DNA of 59,989 bases, counting the filler, from Sphacelaria rigidula (taxonomy: Eukaryota), in NCBI GenBank assembly GCA_964200075.2. It is 9 parts of 9 records of this genome, joined end to end, with 100 filler letters (N's around TTAATTAATTAA, not from the genome) between each part and the next. Parts side by side here need not be neighbours in the genome. Positions count along the whole stretch, not along the records: positions 13,355 to 19,931 come from CAXNAA020019256.1; positions 20,032 to 26,608 come from CAXNAA020019257.1; positions 26,709 to 33,285 come from CAXNAA020019258.1; 6 more parts are not named here. One strand, given 5' to 3'. The notes under the pieces are model-generated. The model was not told where the DNA came from, searched no databases, and was given only the letters and a program-made list of their open reading frames with translations. The position numbers were made by a program, and so were the translations under genes. This document shows, in pieces, positions 13,498 through 26,805 of this stretch. Position 1 is the stretch's first letter. Each line of letters begins with the position of its first letter.

Positions 13498-14112
13498 GAG
13501 GGGGGGGGGGACGTTTTGGCTCGCGGCTGCGCCGCTGGATGATCAAACCATTATCTACCATGTAATTGGTTGAAGATTGCGCTTTGCGTAACCATTCAAT
13601 TTGTGAATGGTTTGACAAACCATTTCCGAACTCTGTATTTTGTCCTTCCATTCGTGTTGCATTTACGTCTCTTTGTAGTAGGGTGTTCGGGGGTGCCTGT
13701 ATTTTCTACCTGTTACAGTTTCCTACACCGTGGAGTCATAACTAATCTTGTACGTTTCCGTTCGGTTTCTGTGAGCTGTTTGCTCCTTCATGGCGTAGTC
13801 GAATTCCTCTATAATGGTTACACCTGTGTGTCGTCTGGAGCTCTGTGCGCCCACTCAGCAGTTCCTCTTTTTTGCGCTCAGAACGGGATTTTCATCATGC
13901 TGCACATCCTTTTTTTTCTCGGTTTTCGTTGTTTCTTTTTTCTTTGCCATCTTTATTTTGAACACATATCCGCGCGTGGGGGATGTTGTTGCCCTCCATC
14001 CGTCTGTAAGGGTTATGTTTGGTCTTTCCGGTTGTGTTTTAGGAGTGCACCCGTTGAAGATGTTCGTGAGTGGCTGAGAGGGTCGTCACAACAAAAAGAG
14101 ACCATCAACCGG

Positions 14113-14228
14113 AATCGAAAATCGAGATCGAAAATCGAGATCGAAAATCGAAGCCGAAAATCGAGATCGAAAATCGAAGCCGAAAATCGAGATCGAAAAT
14201 CGAAGTCGAAAATCGAAGTCGAAAATAA
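14113..14228. repeat. Tandem repeat of ~12-13-bp AAAATCGAGATCG/AAAATCGAAGCCG units
   Basis: About 9 directly visible copies. Confidence 0.9.
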
Positions 14229-14627
14229 ATAGTGTTCTGCGACTAGTCCGCAACCCTGACCTACAACAACTGAACAGCTTTCGAGTTACCGACCCCTGTG
14301 AAGATCATTTGGGTTGGATGCTGACAAAAATATACTCAGTTTGGGTTGGAAGCGGTGTCATGGTTGTGTTGACGTACTGCCGTAAACTACAGGCAGCTCT
14401 TTGCAATCTTTCGAGTCCTGGAAAGATCTCCGCCGTCGCCGTCGTTGTTGTAGCTTGTCGCAGGTTCCTCCGTGTCGTGGATTTTTGTCACACGCTACAG
14501 TGAACGATTCTGTTCCCCTGAACGTTTTTCTTCGATTTCTCGCCAACTCTCCAGCAAGCATCATGAATCGTATTACTCACCTCACAATCAAGAATACAAA
14601 TATCCGATCGTGCGACCGACCCGACAG

Positions 14628-14720
14628 GAATATGTCGGCAAGGCAGGGGACGTCCTGGACGATGTGTTTTTCGTGGTCAAGGGGCGTGTCGAGGCAAGAC
14701 ACTCCAAGCCGGGCAAACAG
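14628..14720 (+). CDS. Internal exon encoding part of a cyclic-nucleotide-binding domain (EYVGKAGDVLDDVFFVVKGRVEARHSKPGKQ), e.g. a cNMP-regulated ion channel
   Basis: CAG acceptor and GTGAGC donor; 93 nt, phase 0/0; matches the cNMP-domain pattern E-Y-x3-G-D-x2-D-x2-F-[IV]-x-K-G-x-V-E. Confidence 0.7.
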
Positions 14721-17700
14721 GTGAGCTGCTCCTTCTGCATACTAAAATATGCTGATTTGATCAATTTTTGATCGCACATTACCCGGTCCTTTAACAATTT
14801 TGCCGTGATTACGATATATAGATGTGTCCGACAAGATGAATAACAGAAAACACTCGAGAAAGAAGAATCGAGTAGGAAATAAAACACAAAAAAACACCAA
14901 TTACTGGGGTAGAAAGGAAAATAGTGGAGATAACACGCCGAAATTGTGATATGAAGAGAATATCACCAAGAGATCCCGGACAGAATGACCCTTCGGAACT
15001 GAGTACTTTTACGATACGTCGACGAATTTAGGTGGTATATTCCTGGGCGAGTAGAGTTGAAACACCCCCCTTTTGTTATCCACTATTCTCGCGGAAATAC
15101 GGGATTGTCAGGCCCGCGCTCGCGTGGAAGGCTCGGAGATCGCCCGTGTGGTTGATCGCTTCACCATGTATCTTGTAAGTGCACACCCGTGCCAGGCATA
15201 TCAGTACCGACGGGTACAACTACTCAAAACCTCCCGCCACTATCAGCACCCAGCTGTAGCGGTACATACGCCGCACTCTAGCGATAAACAAAAGACGGAA
15301 CCCACGAGTGATCCTGACCTAGTGCACAGCTCCAAAACTGCGCGTTGTCGTAAAAACCCCCGGTGAAAAACAGAAAAATCTCGAACTCGCGGGAGAACAT
15401 TTCTGCGCACAAGCGTCATGTATAATATTCTTGCCCTCAACCTATATTGTATACTGTTCCTCTTACCAAGGTCTTACACAACAAAACGTATTTTTGATGT
15501 TTTGCGATTACTATCCTAGTTGGGGTTATTTTGTTCCTTGCTATGCCGTGCTCGTAGCCGTGAGCAGGACTAACTACAACTTTACGTTAAGGAACCCCCC
15601 TCCCCCTCCCCCCTTTTTTGCTTGGAATTGGTTGTTTTGAGAATAGCGTCGATGGCCCCTCCATCCCGGCGCGAACGAGGCAACAGACGATTCAAACGAC
15701 AGTACGTGTGTGCCCTGTGTAGCATGTATGAGGCCTATTAATAGCACTACGGGAACCGACATCAATACCCAATATGATGTTACCGAAGCGGGGGTTGATG
15801 TCGCAAATATCCACATGACTCGTGGCGCGAGCAGGTAGCATCCATGGAACATACGAAACACTGACGACCCAAGTCGAATCTTGGCCATCCATTGACTTGG
15901 CTAGTTATGTTTCTGCACGTGTAGAGTGACGCGAAACAGTCCCTCGCGACTCATTTGCGTATGACACGAGGCCGTCGCGTACACAGCAAAGCGTAGGTGG
16001 GGCATGTTGCAAAATCGGGGTAGGTGGAGCGCTTGCTGATATGGTCATTGTTGCCATGCACCGTGAATAGTACAGCACAGCACAGCAGGAGCGGGACGCG
16101 ATTTCGTATGCCATGCTATATGACGTCACCGTGTCAAGCGCTGTTACGCAAACGTGACTTACCGACCTACAGGACCAAGATTATCGAAAACGACGATTTG
16201 CAGGGTCGGAGTTTAGTGGTTACAACCAATGATTGGTACACATCAGTAGACTCAGACTCGTCTATCCCGAGCGCGCTACTGTTCAATGTTCCTAATCCGA
16301 TCACAGCGGGGTGCTGCTGGGTGCGCTCATATCGTATGGTTATAGTTTTTTCTCGTCCTCCTCATTTCCCAAGCATGAGCGTCTGCGTGTGAGCAACGAG
16401 GCGTCTGACTGGTGGTTGAATTTGTCTCACGCTAGTCACATTTCCTAAACGTCCGGGTTATTAGTACTCGTGCCTATAGCTTCACATTGTGTGCGTACTT
16501 TGGCTTTACGGTATACCCATGTGGTCCATCTGTCATAACGTGAGATACTGGAGAAAGGTGAGTAACGTGACCAACGCGGGATATATTGACGAAGCTCAAA
16601 AAACCGTTCAGCATAACATTACAGAAGAACGAGAAGAAGGTTGTATGCTGTAGCAACATCATAGTGTAAACAGCCATCGACGCATTATACTGTCGCTGTG
16701 CATGAGCACTAGAGCGGTAGCATCCCTCTCCTTCTCCCACGCAGGGCATATGTTCAGCAGATGATTAAACAGCGGGCAGTATTGCACCCGACGTCAAATG
16801 GTACACATTTTACCGTAGGACGGCAGCACATGTTTATCCGCACTGTAGAGCACACTTGAATTTCACATCCTTCGCCTGCGAAATAGCGCAGGACCTTTGA
16901 GCCACCAGTGATTGGTCACAAGGCCGTAATGAGTTTCTTTTAGTATATTATAGTGACGACATTTTGAATCGAACAATGGTGCGGGGCCCTACGCCAGCTA
17001 GAACTATAAGCTCCATGTTATCAAGACCTTGGAAGAGACTTGGTCAATCAATATCAGTGGTGGGTCGACGGTATTCTACGTGGTCTACATCTTGTTCTCA
17101 CAGACAATTTTTGCTGTGAACACATACGTACAACTTCCGAGGTGAACACAACCCTTGGTTAGAGTATGGCATTCCCTGCGTTGTGCTGAATATCCAATCG
17201 GGAGATGAAAAACACTTGGCCGACATCGTCTCGCACCAACGTGGGGCTTGCAGCAGGCATTCGGTGCTGGTATCCGAGGAGTATTGCAGGATTTCCGTGC
17301 GCGATCTTTCGTTAAATTTCACTAGACTTCAACGCAAGAAAAAACAGAGTTGGATGCGATGATGGGGAGCGGGCTGTGATGTCAAGCAAGTTTACCGGAA
17401 TCATGAATCATCTTGGACCGGAGTGGCAAGTGGGACAGTAGAGACTCATACTAAGCATGTTGTGGTCGTGGAATTACCAACCAGCAGTTTGTATCTTCGT
17501 TTTCCCTCCCCCCCGCTTCTTTTGGTCTCTCGGAGCAACGACGATGGTAACATAACAATATCCCGACTATTGATTTCTTCTGTCCTGCCGAACCAACGTG
17601 TCATCTCTGGCATTGATAGCTATGTGGAAATTTCTCCCCCGTCCCTGCTCTTCTCGACCCTTTCTACGATGACGTTCCCATGATACTGCACGACCGACTG

Positions 17701-18530
17701 CCTTGATTTTCCATTATAAAACAGTAAAGTATGCCCGAAATGTTCACCTTCTGTGTTGATTGATAAGTAGATGTTTGATAATATTTGCAACAATAAACAT
17801 TACTGTTATTTCCCAGTGTTTTATCATCAAATCTTCTTGATGTCATAACTCTACTGAGCTCGTGAAAATTGTATCTATGTTGTCGTGCTCGCCGAAACGA
17901 ATAGCTTGGAAGCGGCAGTAACAAAAACGGCTGAACGCGAATCCTCATTGTTCTCCGTAGCTAGTGTATAGACCTGTAAGCCGAATACTACACACCTACA
18001 TTTTCCAGAAACAATATTTCCGAGTGGAGAAAAATGCATCCTTCCCGCCCGCTGGGTCATACTATTTCGTTTGTCAATTGTGATAGGCATTCATCTTATT
18101 TATCACTGTACTGTATTCCGCTTCATGGTCTTGAACTTTACGTCTGGAAAATGTCATGCTCGCACCAATCTGTCTAAATATGATTGTTACTGGATCACAG
18201 TATCCATCTATATGCCATCAATGCTTGTTAGCTTCAGAGGGTATATAACATCGGTACCATTAAAAGCCCTAACATGCATTCAAAACGTTTCCCCTCAGGG
18301 CTATCAAAATGGGAAACGTCATGTGAACCCAACAACGCCCCTCCCAGCCTTCTCTCCAACAGATACTTCGCTGCACCCCGAATATTCTACGCATAAGCTT
18401 CGTGACTCAGCAAACATAGTTGTGGACAGCACACATCAACTACTTCGATTCGTCATCTTCCACGTGTGTTGGGCACCTCGTTAAGAACTAAGACCGCTGC
18501 CACTACTATCTGTACCACATGTACCTCGTT

Positions 18531-18569
<39 letters not shown>

Positions 18570-18968
18570 ACCACGCACCCAAGGACACCACCTCCCCCCC
18601 CCCCCCCCCCCTTCGACCCCCGCCGCCCCCCCCCCCCCCCCCCCCCTCCCCCCCAAGCCCCCGGAACAAACCTTTTCTTCTCCCCAGAAGCACCCTTTCC
18701 TCAAATGCTGGTGCAAAGTGCTCCCTCTCCGTAATCCATTTGATATCCCTCCGCTCAGCGTCGAGGACCTCTTACGAAACGACGTCCTACTTGTAAACAA
18801 CGACATCATTTATGGAACACGACCCGCGTGAAATCATGAAGAATGCTACATGTGTTTACGTTAGCTATGGTACTTTCGGAAAGAAAGGGAAAAAGCGCCT
18901 CGTTTACAGCCACTGACTCTCACATCTCATCGCCGTCCTCTTCATCATTTTTGGGAGTGTATACCTCT

Positions 18969-19296
18969 GCCGCGCCCTGGTAGTGTAATGGTCCGACTGT
19001 CGCTAATAGGGTGGAGAGACGAGGGTTTGATACCCGATGCGTTGGGTTTTGTCTTCGTATTATCTGATTTCCACCGTGGAAAGCGTGAGAACGTGAGTAA
19101 ACAAAGTAGTTGACGAAGTTTGTTTGACGTGAGTTGACGCGGTGCGGGAGTGCTGACCCAATCCGCGAGACCAAAATGTAAGGCGCGTGGCGGGGAGAGA
19201 TGGGTTGATCCCCTGCGACCACGGACTCGTCCGGAGGAAGGGCAGGGGTTGAAAGTGCGACACATAAAAAATAATAATAATAATAATAATAATAAT
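18969..19296 (+). mobile_element. SINE family B (tRNA-derived), full-length copy with (AAT)n tail
   Basis: A-box-like GGTAGTGTAATGG and B-box-like GGTTTGATACCC head; body shared with 39406-39720 and 46355-46499. Confidence 0.8.
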
Positions 19297-19420
19297 GGAA
19301 AAATACTGCCGTGTCCCGGTGATATGAATTAAAATGGTATGACTGACAGCACGAGGGTGGGAATTACGCGCGACCAGATGCATTCGCGTGTTTTTCTTCG
19401 AAGGATGTGACTTAGCAACA

Positions 19421-19582
19421 ATAGTCGGTTTGAGTGAGTTCGTTAGACGACAGTCGACGCTGTGTGGGAGTGCTGATAGTCATGATCCAATCCGCGAGAC
19501 CGAAATGCAAGGGGTGCACCGAGGCAGAGATGGGGTGATGTTCCCTTGAGACCACGGACACGTCCCGAGAAAGGGGACGGGT
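19421..19582 (+). mobile_element. SINE family B, 3' fragment
   Basis: GTGCTGATAGTCATGATCCAATCCGCGAGAC is identical to the 39406 copy apart from the first base. Confidence 0.7.
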
Positions 19583-20092
19583 AACACGTGTGACGGTATA
19601 TATATTATATATATATATATATATAGCTCTGTATGTTTATACATATAAACATGTTTCCGTTGTGTTTTTCTCGGGTATGTCTAGCATGTGACCACGGCTG
19701 GATGCCTGGAGAATCTGTTACTTTGCCGTAATCAATGACAAGGTTGATCATGCTGCCGCGCTCCGGTGATCTATTTGGCACACCTGTGACCAGCTCGAGC
19801 GAGGGGTTGCTGGGGTAAACCCCAATAGCTGCGTGTACTCTAATCACAATAAAAATGTTTTTTCGTCTTCATATTTTTTTTTCCTTTATTTTGGTAATGT
19901 GTCTGGTAAGGAATAGCAGGGACGGTATTGGNNNNNNNNNNNNNNNNNNNNNNNNNNNNNNNNNNNNNNNNNNNNTTAATTAATTAANNNNNNNNNNNNN
20001 NNNNNNNNNNNNNNNNNNNNNNNNNNNNNNNCCCGAAGCCTACTGATTATCTCGCATTTGGATGACAGCCTACAATGAGTTGCTTTATTCTC

Positions 20093-21717
20093 TTACACGT
20101 GGGAGAGATGTACATGCGATTCACGTTGTATGAAATGTCAGGTGAAGAACATGTACCGACATTTCATACCGTTCAAAAGTATGGTGGAAAACATGTACGT
20201 ACGATTCATCCCGCGTAAACTAATGGGAATAAATGTGTGCCCATGATTCACGCCATATGAAGCGAAAGTGGCAAGCATGCATTTTTGGCGGTGTACCGCA
20301 GGAATCACGAACTTATGTGTACACTTGAAGTGGTGTCGTACGAATCTCGAGTCCAAAATATGTACAAAAAACAAATGGTGGACGAATCGTATGATTGGAA
20401 AAATGTTGAGTATAAGTTGAATCACGATTTTATTCGTCCGAACCGTGTAATAATGATTGATGGAGGTGGGCTGGTTGTATGCATGCCCGACCCCCGCTTA
20501 CCGTAACCTTTATATATATACATGTGTGTATTTGATACTTCTGTACCTACTTTTTGAGATATTTATAGTTTATAGTTCATGCGGCGCAGACATTCGATAA
20601 GAAGTCCAGAGCCTATCATCATGAAGCATCTTTACTTCGTACATTTTCCGGAACCTCCACTCACCTGCGGCAGGATTCGTTCATCTCGTGTTTCCATACA
20701 CGTGCAACTCCTGCCGTGTTGAAAATTATTCGCGGGAAACATGTGCACTTCATTAATCTCGAACGAATTCCAGGTGGAGAACATGTGTGGCTCACTCTGC
20801 ATGAAGAGACAGATGAAGTACATGTAACCATGATTCATACCCTACAAATGAGTGGTGGGGAACGTGTACCCATGATTCATCCATTGTAAATGGGAGGAGG
20901 GAAAAGTGTACGCTTCATTCATGTCGCGCGAATTACAGGTGGCAGAGATGTGCATGTAACTCACACCGTATAAAATGACGGGTGAAATTCATGTTACCAT
21001 GATTCATACCGTACAATTGAGCTGTGGGGAACATATACCCATGATTCATCCATTATAAATGGAAGGAGGGAAACATGTACAGTTCGTTCATATCGCTCGA
21101 ATTACAGGTGGCAGAGATGTATATGTGATTCACGCCCTATGAAATGACAGGTGCAGTACATGTAACCATGATTCATACCATACATATGGGCTGCGGGGAA
21201 CATGTGCTCATGATTCATCCCGCATGAGCGAAAGGGTGGGTAACAGGTACAGTTACTTCATCTTGCACAAATTACACGTGGGAGAGATGTTAATGCGATT
21301 CAAGTTGTATGAAATGTCAGGTGAAAAACATGTACCGACGATTCACACTGTACGGAAGTATGGTGAAAAGCATGTATCTACGATTCATTCCGCATGAGCC
21401 AAAGGGTGGGCAACATGTACATATGATTCATTCCGCATGAACCAAAGGGAAGGTAACATTTACGCATGATTCATCCCGCGTAAACTAATGGGGATAAATG
21501 TTTGCCCATGATTCACGCCGTATGAAAGGAAGGGGGGTAGCATGTATCTTCGGCAATGTACCGCACGAATCACGAATTCATGTGTAAACTTCAAGTGGTG
21601 TCGTACGAATCTCGAATCCAAAACATGTACAAATCAGAAATGATGGACGAATCGTGTGATTAATTCGTTCGAATGTTGAATATGAATTGGATCACGATTT
21701 TATTCGTCCGAACTGTG
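20093..21717 (+). repeat. Two copies (20093-20447 and ~20735-21717) of an element with a ~39-bp AACATGTAC..GATTCA satellite and a shared terminus ATCACGATTTTATTCGTCCGAACYGTG
   Basis: 20093-20447 aligns with 21272-21717; more than 20 satellite units are visible. Confidence 0.85.
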
Positions 21718-22107
21718 ACAACATGGCTCATGTCCATCGTCGGCTTCATGACCCACTGCATATAATTATCACAAACTCAGTATACGTGGATTCAGAATTG
21801 TATCAGACTTACTTGGTTTTAGAACGATCGAGTTGATGTGTAGTCTTGGTATGGTCAAAGCCACTTGGTTTCAATGTAGATGCAACAGCTTACTTCATTC
21901 CAGTATGCCACCCCTCCGTGGCCTCTCACGTTGCACCGCGTTACACTCATGTACTTGCAGCCTCAAGAGGCAGGGAATTGACCGCCTTCAGTTGTTGGTG
22001 AGACCCCTTCATCATTTTTCAGAGTTCCGCACTACCAGGTATGTGCTTCTCAAGACCCTCGAGATTTCCCCCGATTTGATGGCCCTGTACGCTGCTTGGA
22101 ATTGCAG

Positions 22108-22361
22108 GTCGACCCGACTCCCATTCGTTGAGCGATAGTAGTGGTTCTTCTCGTGAAGAAGATAGGAGTAAACGATACAATCGCGACCGAAGCGAGTCGA
22201 CGGAGCGGCGAAAACGAAAGAGAAAGAAAAGCAGCAGTTCACATAAATTGAGGAAGGAGAAGAAGAAAGCTGAGGAGGAGCGTAAAGAAGAACGAGCAAG
22301 GAGAAAAGAAAAGAAGGAAAAGAAGAAGAAGAAAAAGGAGAAACAGGAAAAAAAATCGAAG
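22108..22361 (+). CDS. Exon of a Lys/Arg/Glu/Ser-rich, probably nuclear protein (5'-partial gene)
   Basis: TTGCAG acceptor and AAG|GTGAG donor; open frame RPDSHSLSDSSGSSREEDRSKR...KKEKQEKKSK; ends in phase 0. Confidence 0.75.
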
Positions 22362-25300
22362 GTGAGATAGGTAAAGGTTGAGTGTGTGTGTGACAAGACT
22401 GTGTCACGCACGTGTGTGGCCAAGAATAGGAAGAGGAGACGGAGGCGCCAAGCGTTCTGATGAAAGTTAGGCGCAAGGAGAGTCACAGACTTATGTTGGC
22501 AGTAGCTCAAGTCGTTCTTTCAATAGGATGCGGTTTTGCCGTAGCCGACGAGGCTGCTTCCCGAGAGCTGCTGCCGTTTTGTGTGATACTCACAGTCACT
22601 CGGTATTCACGTGGTATCGCGTCGGGACATGCTTGCCTTGAAGTATCTGTTTTGTGATTTCCAGCAAATATACAGTCGGACATTGGTTCTGTCGCATATG
22701 CACAAATGAAGCTTACCAAGCGAAGCGGAGCCCTCTCTGCGATGGTGCTGTCCCACAGTCTTTCGTACCCGTGGCCTGCATTCATCATGCGGCGCAAAAG
22801 TTGTTATAATCTGATATGCGCTCATACCTACTCAATCGACATTGCTGCCAACAGAAGCTTGTGCTCAAGAGCGCAGGAAAACGAGAAAAGGGTCAAAGAG
22901 GATGGGCATGCTGATTCCGGTTGATGTTAATAATCATGCACCGCGTAACTCGATCAATTTGGTTGGCACATACGCCCAAGCTGAGGCCCCAAGGCGGTGC
23001 ATGTATGTGGTGGTCGAGGCTCGTCCTGTATCACCCACATAAAAAACTGCAACACGAACTTTGGCGTTTCTTTCATGACAGCTCCAAGAGTTGCCATCAG
23101 ACTGAGACGACGTAGCGATGGTTGTGGCACCGCGAAATACCTGGCCTACACATTCATCCCTTCATTGAAATTTTTCGATCTGAGAAGTTCTGGACTTTGA
23201 CAGTACAGTGACTTTTGGGGTTGTTGAACTCTCCTTATTCTCAACCCGTGGTTTGTGAGATCGATTTTCCGCGGAATATCGCTGGCCGACAGTCCCACTA
23301 GGCCGCAGACAACGGGAGGGTGGGGCGTGGTTGATGTAGAGGCCATTCTTGATTGAATGATTGTTCATCACGAGGAGACCTCACGGTTCATGTGGGCAGA
23401 GAAATATGATCTCGAATATGGTCTCACATACGTCTCAATCGCAGTAGCCTGGCCTGTGCTGCCCGTGTACTGATGTAGCCGCGACCATTGTGTGTGAGGG
23501 TTTGACGTTGGTTGTATATTATACCGGAGCGCTGAGGGACTTTCAAGGACGAGTGCCGTATTGCACAGCTGCACAAATACTGCGACTTGATTAGGAGACT
23601 TGCGACTCACTGACAATCCATTCCCCACGTGAGACCTTGATGAAAGCACAGAAGCCACTTAACTGTCCGGGGCGTGGCAGCACAACGCAGAGGGAGCCAC
23701 AGCCGTTGCCTGCAACGCAGCTGTCGCGATGTTGAACATACGCGCAGCGTGCCCCGTTTCCATCGTCGCGGCTGTGCCGTACAAGCAACGAACAACGCAA
23801 CGTAAATGCCAACATTGTGTATATGCGCAGGGAGATATTCTCCTATTCTCTTCGATACAAACCCGATTTCTCCCCCGACACATTGCAGCAAGTTGTTGCA
23901 TTGACATTCGACCGTCTCTCTTCAGTGTTTTTTTTGCTACAGGGTCCATTTAAGTGAAGAGTAGCGCTGTCCTGTACTGAGACCGTCACCCCATGCGAAT
24001 ATTTTGCCAACGACCAGACTGTTGGTAGGAGCACTCTCGTTTCATAAATGTATCCACGCACACGCTCATTCAGGCATATACCGGCTTCCCAGATAGGTGA
24101 GAACAATTGTAGGGTACAATACGACACACCTGACAAGTCGCACCACTCAGCCATTGCTCATCTAGTACGGCATATTGCAAGTTACAAATCTGCACGCCCA
24201 AGATTATTTAGTCCATCACCTCCCTGTATGTGTCCCACTCCACAAGAGCGCACGGGGTTTAGAAAATCAGTCTGTAAAACGCCATGTCAAAAAGCAGAAG
24301 TGACCACAACTCACCTTCAGGCGCCTGAGTACACGTGCAACATCCAAGGGTGGGAAGCCGCTTGGGAAAACGAAGTGTTGTATGTGATGGTGCCGCTCTA
24401 GGTCAGTCACATGCAAGAATTTACCCTACCGGTATCTATTTATGGTCCTGGCTAAGTGGTGTGCCCAGTGACACAAGAACTGACTTGAGCATACGTAACT
24501 TGACAACATGTGGGGGGAAAACATATTGAGAAGGGGGATGGTGAACTCCGTCGTGGGTCCCGCGATGCGTGTGCAGTTTGTACAGTCACTTGCCAGACAT
24601 ACCATGCCAAACGCAGAACACTGCTACTGCCCTTCACTGTACTGTTTGCCAGCAAACACATGTGACCCTACAACCACAAGGGCCCACCGCTCGATGATGC
24701 TCAAGAGATACCAACAGCGCATCGTCGCACAGCGGTTTTTACCCAGCATCTAGCAGCTGCAAGCAGCGTGCGGTGCGTCAAGATGGCATCTTTGAAGTAT
24801 ATTTGTTTCCAGAATGGGATGAAATTGAGGCGATTTGTTTTCGATCTCACGTTTGAACAAGACCACCATCGTATGTAAAAAATCGGAAGCTCTACTGTGA
24901 AATTATCAACCCCTTCTCCAGGATCCTGGCTCGTTTCACAAGCTCTTACATGCCTTGAGCAGAGAGAGAAATTCTAGCCCGCGGAACCCCCCCGCTATCC
25001 ATGTCACTCAGGAAAACGTGTGGGTCGGACTCACGTCACGAAAAGTAGCCGGTACTGCTAACACAGGCACCTGTCTGGACGTGGTCGGCGGAGCTCGGCT
25101 CAACATGCTCGCGAACTTGATATTGCATGACTACACGACATATCATGTCGTTATTAAAGAGCAGCAATTTATTTTCGCTCAGGGGAGGACCATTATTCTC
25201 CATGAACAACAAAAAACACCTGTAGTGGAAATTGAATAGAGGGAGTGTATATCCACGCAGAAGAAGTGACGCGAATCCGTCGCCAGAATTAGTGATTGCA

Positions 25301-26265
25301 ACATACGAGTACTCGATTCAACTTTGACCTTAGGGTCCGAATAGTTTTGAAACTGACATTCCCAACTGTCCTCCAGCGTTCGTACATGAGGTCACCACAA
25401 GACGCCTCCACATGGACTTACTTGTCAGCTTTGATGCGTTGCATTGCGCGGAGTTCGTTTTGTTTTGATGCCTGCGGTGAGGTGCACAGTGAAGCGAGTG
25501 AACATGAGATGGGTCAATGAGAGCGGCCGTGACTGTTTCCGTTTTCGCCTACTCAGCTGAGTTTCCGTTGGGCGGATATAAACCGCCGCATCACTGTACA
25601 TACACTTTCGCTCACGAAATAAGTGTCTTTGTCGGGCGCCCTTCACTCGCCACACACTTCATTCTGCTCAACATATTTTTGTGCGTAAGACACTGGGACA
25701 AGCTCACACAGGGATTCCCATGTGACGGGCTGTTTCAAATTTTCTTCGTTTTCAGTAGCCGGCCTCGTGCACCTTGTTCCGCACGTTGCTTGAAAAAAAA
25801 TCTTGGGCTTTTGGAGGTTCTGCGAAACATAGAGCTTTCTAGTTTTCCTAGTGTTCGTGATCAAAGATTGTCGCATTCACTACAAAAAAATACACGGATA
25901 ACGATGTTAATGCCGGAGAGAACATCGCCGGCGGCGAAATGGGAACATGATTGAAAAGCAGCGAGCAACGTGGCTGCATAGCACGTCGCAAACGCTTCTG
26001 TCGCATAAAGTCAGACCTATTCACAATGACAAAGTAACCCTTCGGGTGCTCGCTCTGCAAACGTACTGTCGTTGCTGCATGTACGTGAAGTGCACTCATG
26101 CAAGGCAAAGGTTACAGATTTAGACCGTTTCTTCCCATTATGTTTTGTCGGGAGTACATGTTGGACAAAATTGGGTGTGGTGGTTGCGTGTTCTGAGTCC
26201 AAATGCGCCTGTCACATAGCGGATAAGGTGTGCTAACAAAATTGACGGCCCTCCCGTTTTTGTAG

Positions 26266-26427
26266 GTGGACAGCGATAGCAACTCTGACAGCTCTGACGA
26301 TCCGAATGTTCGCCGGAGCGTCATCACCGGGAAGCGTATCAAGATGAACCTGGATCGCAGCAATGAAGACCATGCACGTGAACGCGGCAGGAAGGAACTC
26401 CTCCAGTTTATGAATGCTCAGTTCTAG
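26266..26427 (+). CDS. Terminal exon of the same gene (VDSDSNSDSSDDPNVRRSVITGKRIKMNLDRSNEDHARERGRKELLQFMNAQF*)
   Basis: TGCTAAC branch point, TTTTTGTAG acceptor, phase 0 and TAG stop; the C-terminal RRSVITGKRIKM...ELLQFMN motif resembles small conserved K/R/S-rich eukaryotic proteins; absent from the ORF track. Confidence 0.8.
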   Translation: MDSDSNSDSSDDPNVRRSVITGKRIKMNLDRSNEDHARERGRKELLQFMNAQF

Positions 26428-26708
26428 GAGGAATGCTTTACATAGATAGGTTCAGGACGCTATCTTCGCCATGTTTGTTTTTGGTCCCGACATTTTGTAA
26501 TTCTAGGGGGGTGGGGGGGGGGGGGGGGGGGTCGGAGGCTTTTGCACGCCGGTTTCGTTTTGATATAGTGGCTGCCCCTGCCGTCAAACTGTGGGGGGGG
26601 GCCGCCGGNNNNNNNNNNNNNNNNNNNNNNNNNNNNNNNNNNNNNNNNNNNNTTAATTAATTAANNNNNNNNNNNNNNNNNNNNNNNNNNNNNNNNNNNN
26701 NNNNNNNN

Positions 26709-26783
26709 TCGCTCCTGGAATCGAACCCCCCTACTCAACCATCAGAAGGTTACGAGGTTACCAACTGAGCCACCGGGGCGACC
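26709..26783 (-). mobile_element. SINE family A, 5' tRNA-like head (truncated by the contig start)
   Basis: Reverse complement reads GGTCGCCCCGGTGGCTCAGTTGGTAACCTC...GGTTCGATTCC. Confidence 0.8.
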
Positions 26784-26805
26784 AGTGAACCACGTGCCAC
26801 AACCT

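Noticed and set aside
13570..14232. 220-aa ORF with an RKSRSKIE repeat tail
   Set aside because: The tail is a translated 12-13 bp tandem repeat and the rest shows no recognisable domain
18466..18831. Proline-rich and glycine-rich ORFs (also 40006-40378 and 31376-31704)
   Set aside because: Produced by poly-C/poly-G tracts; no coding support
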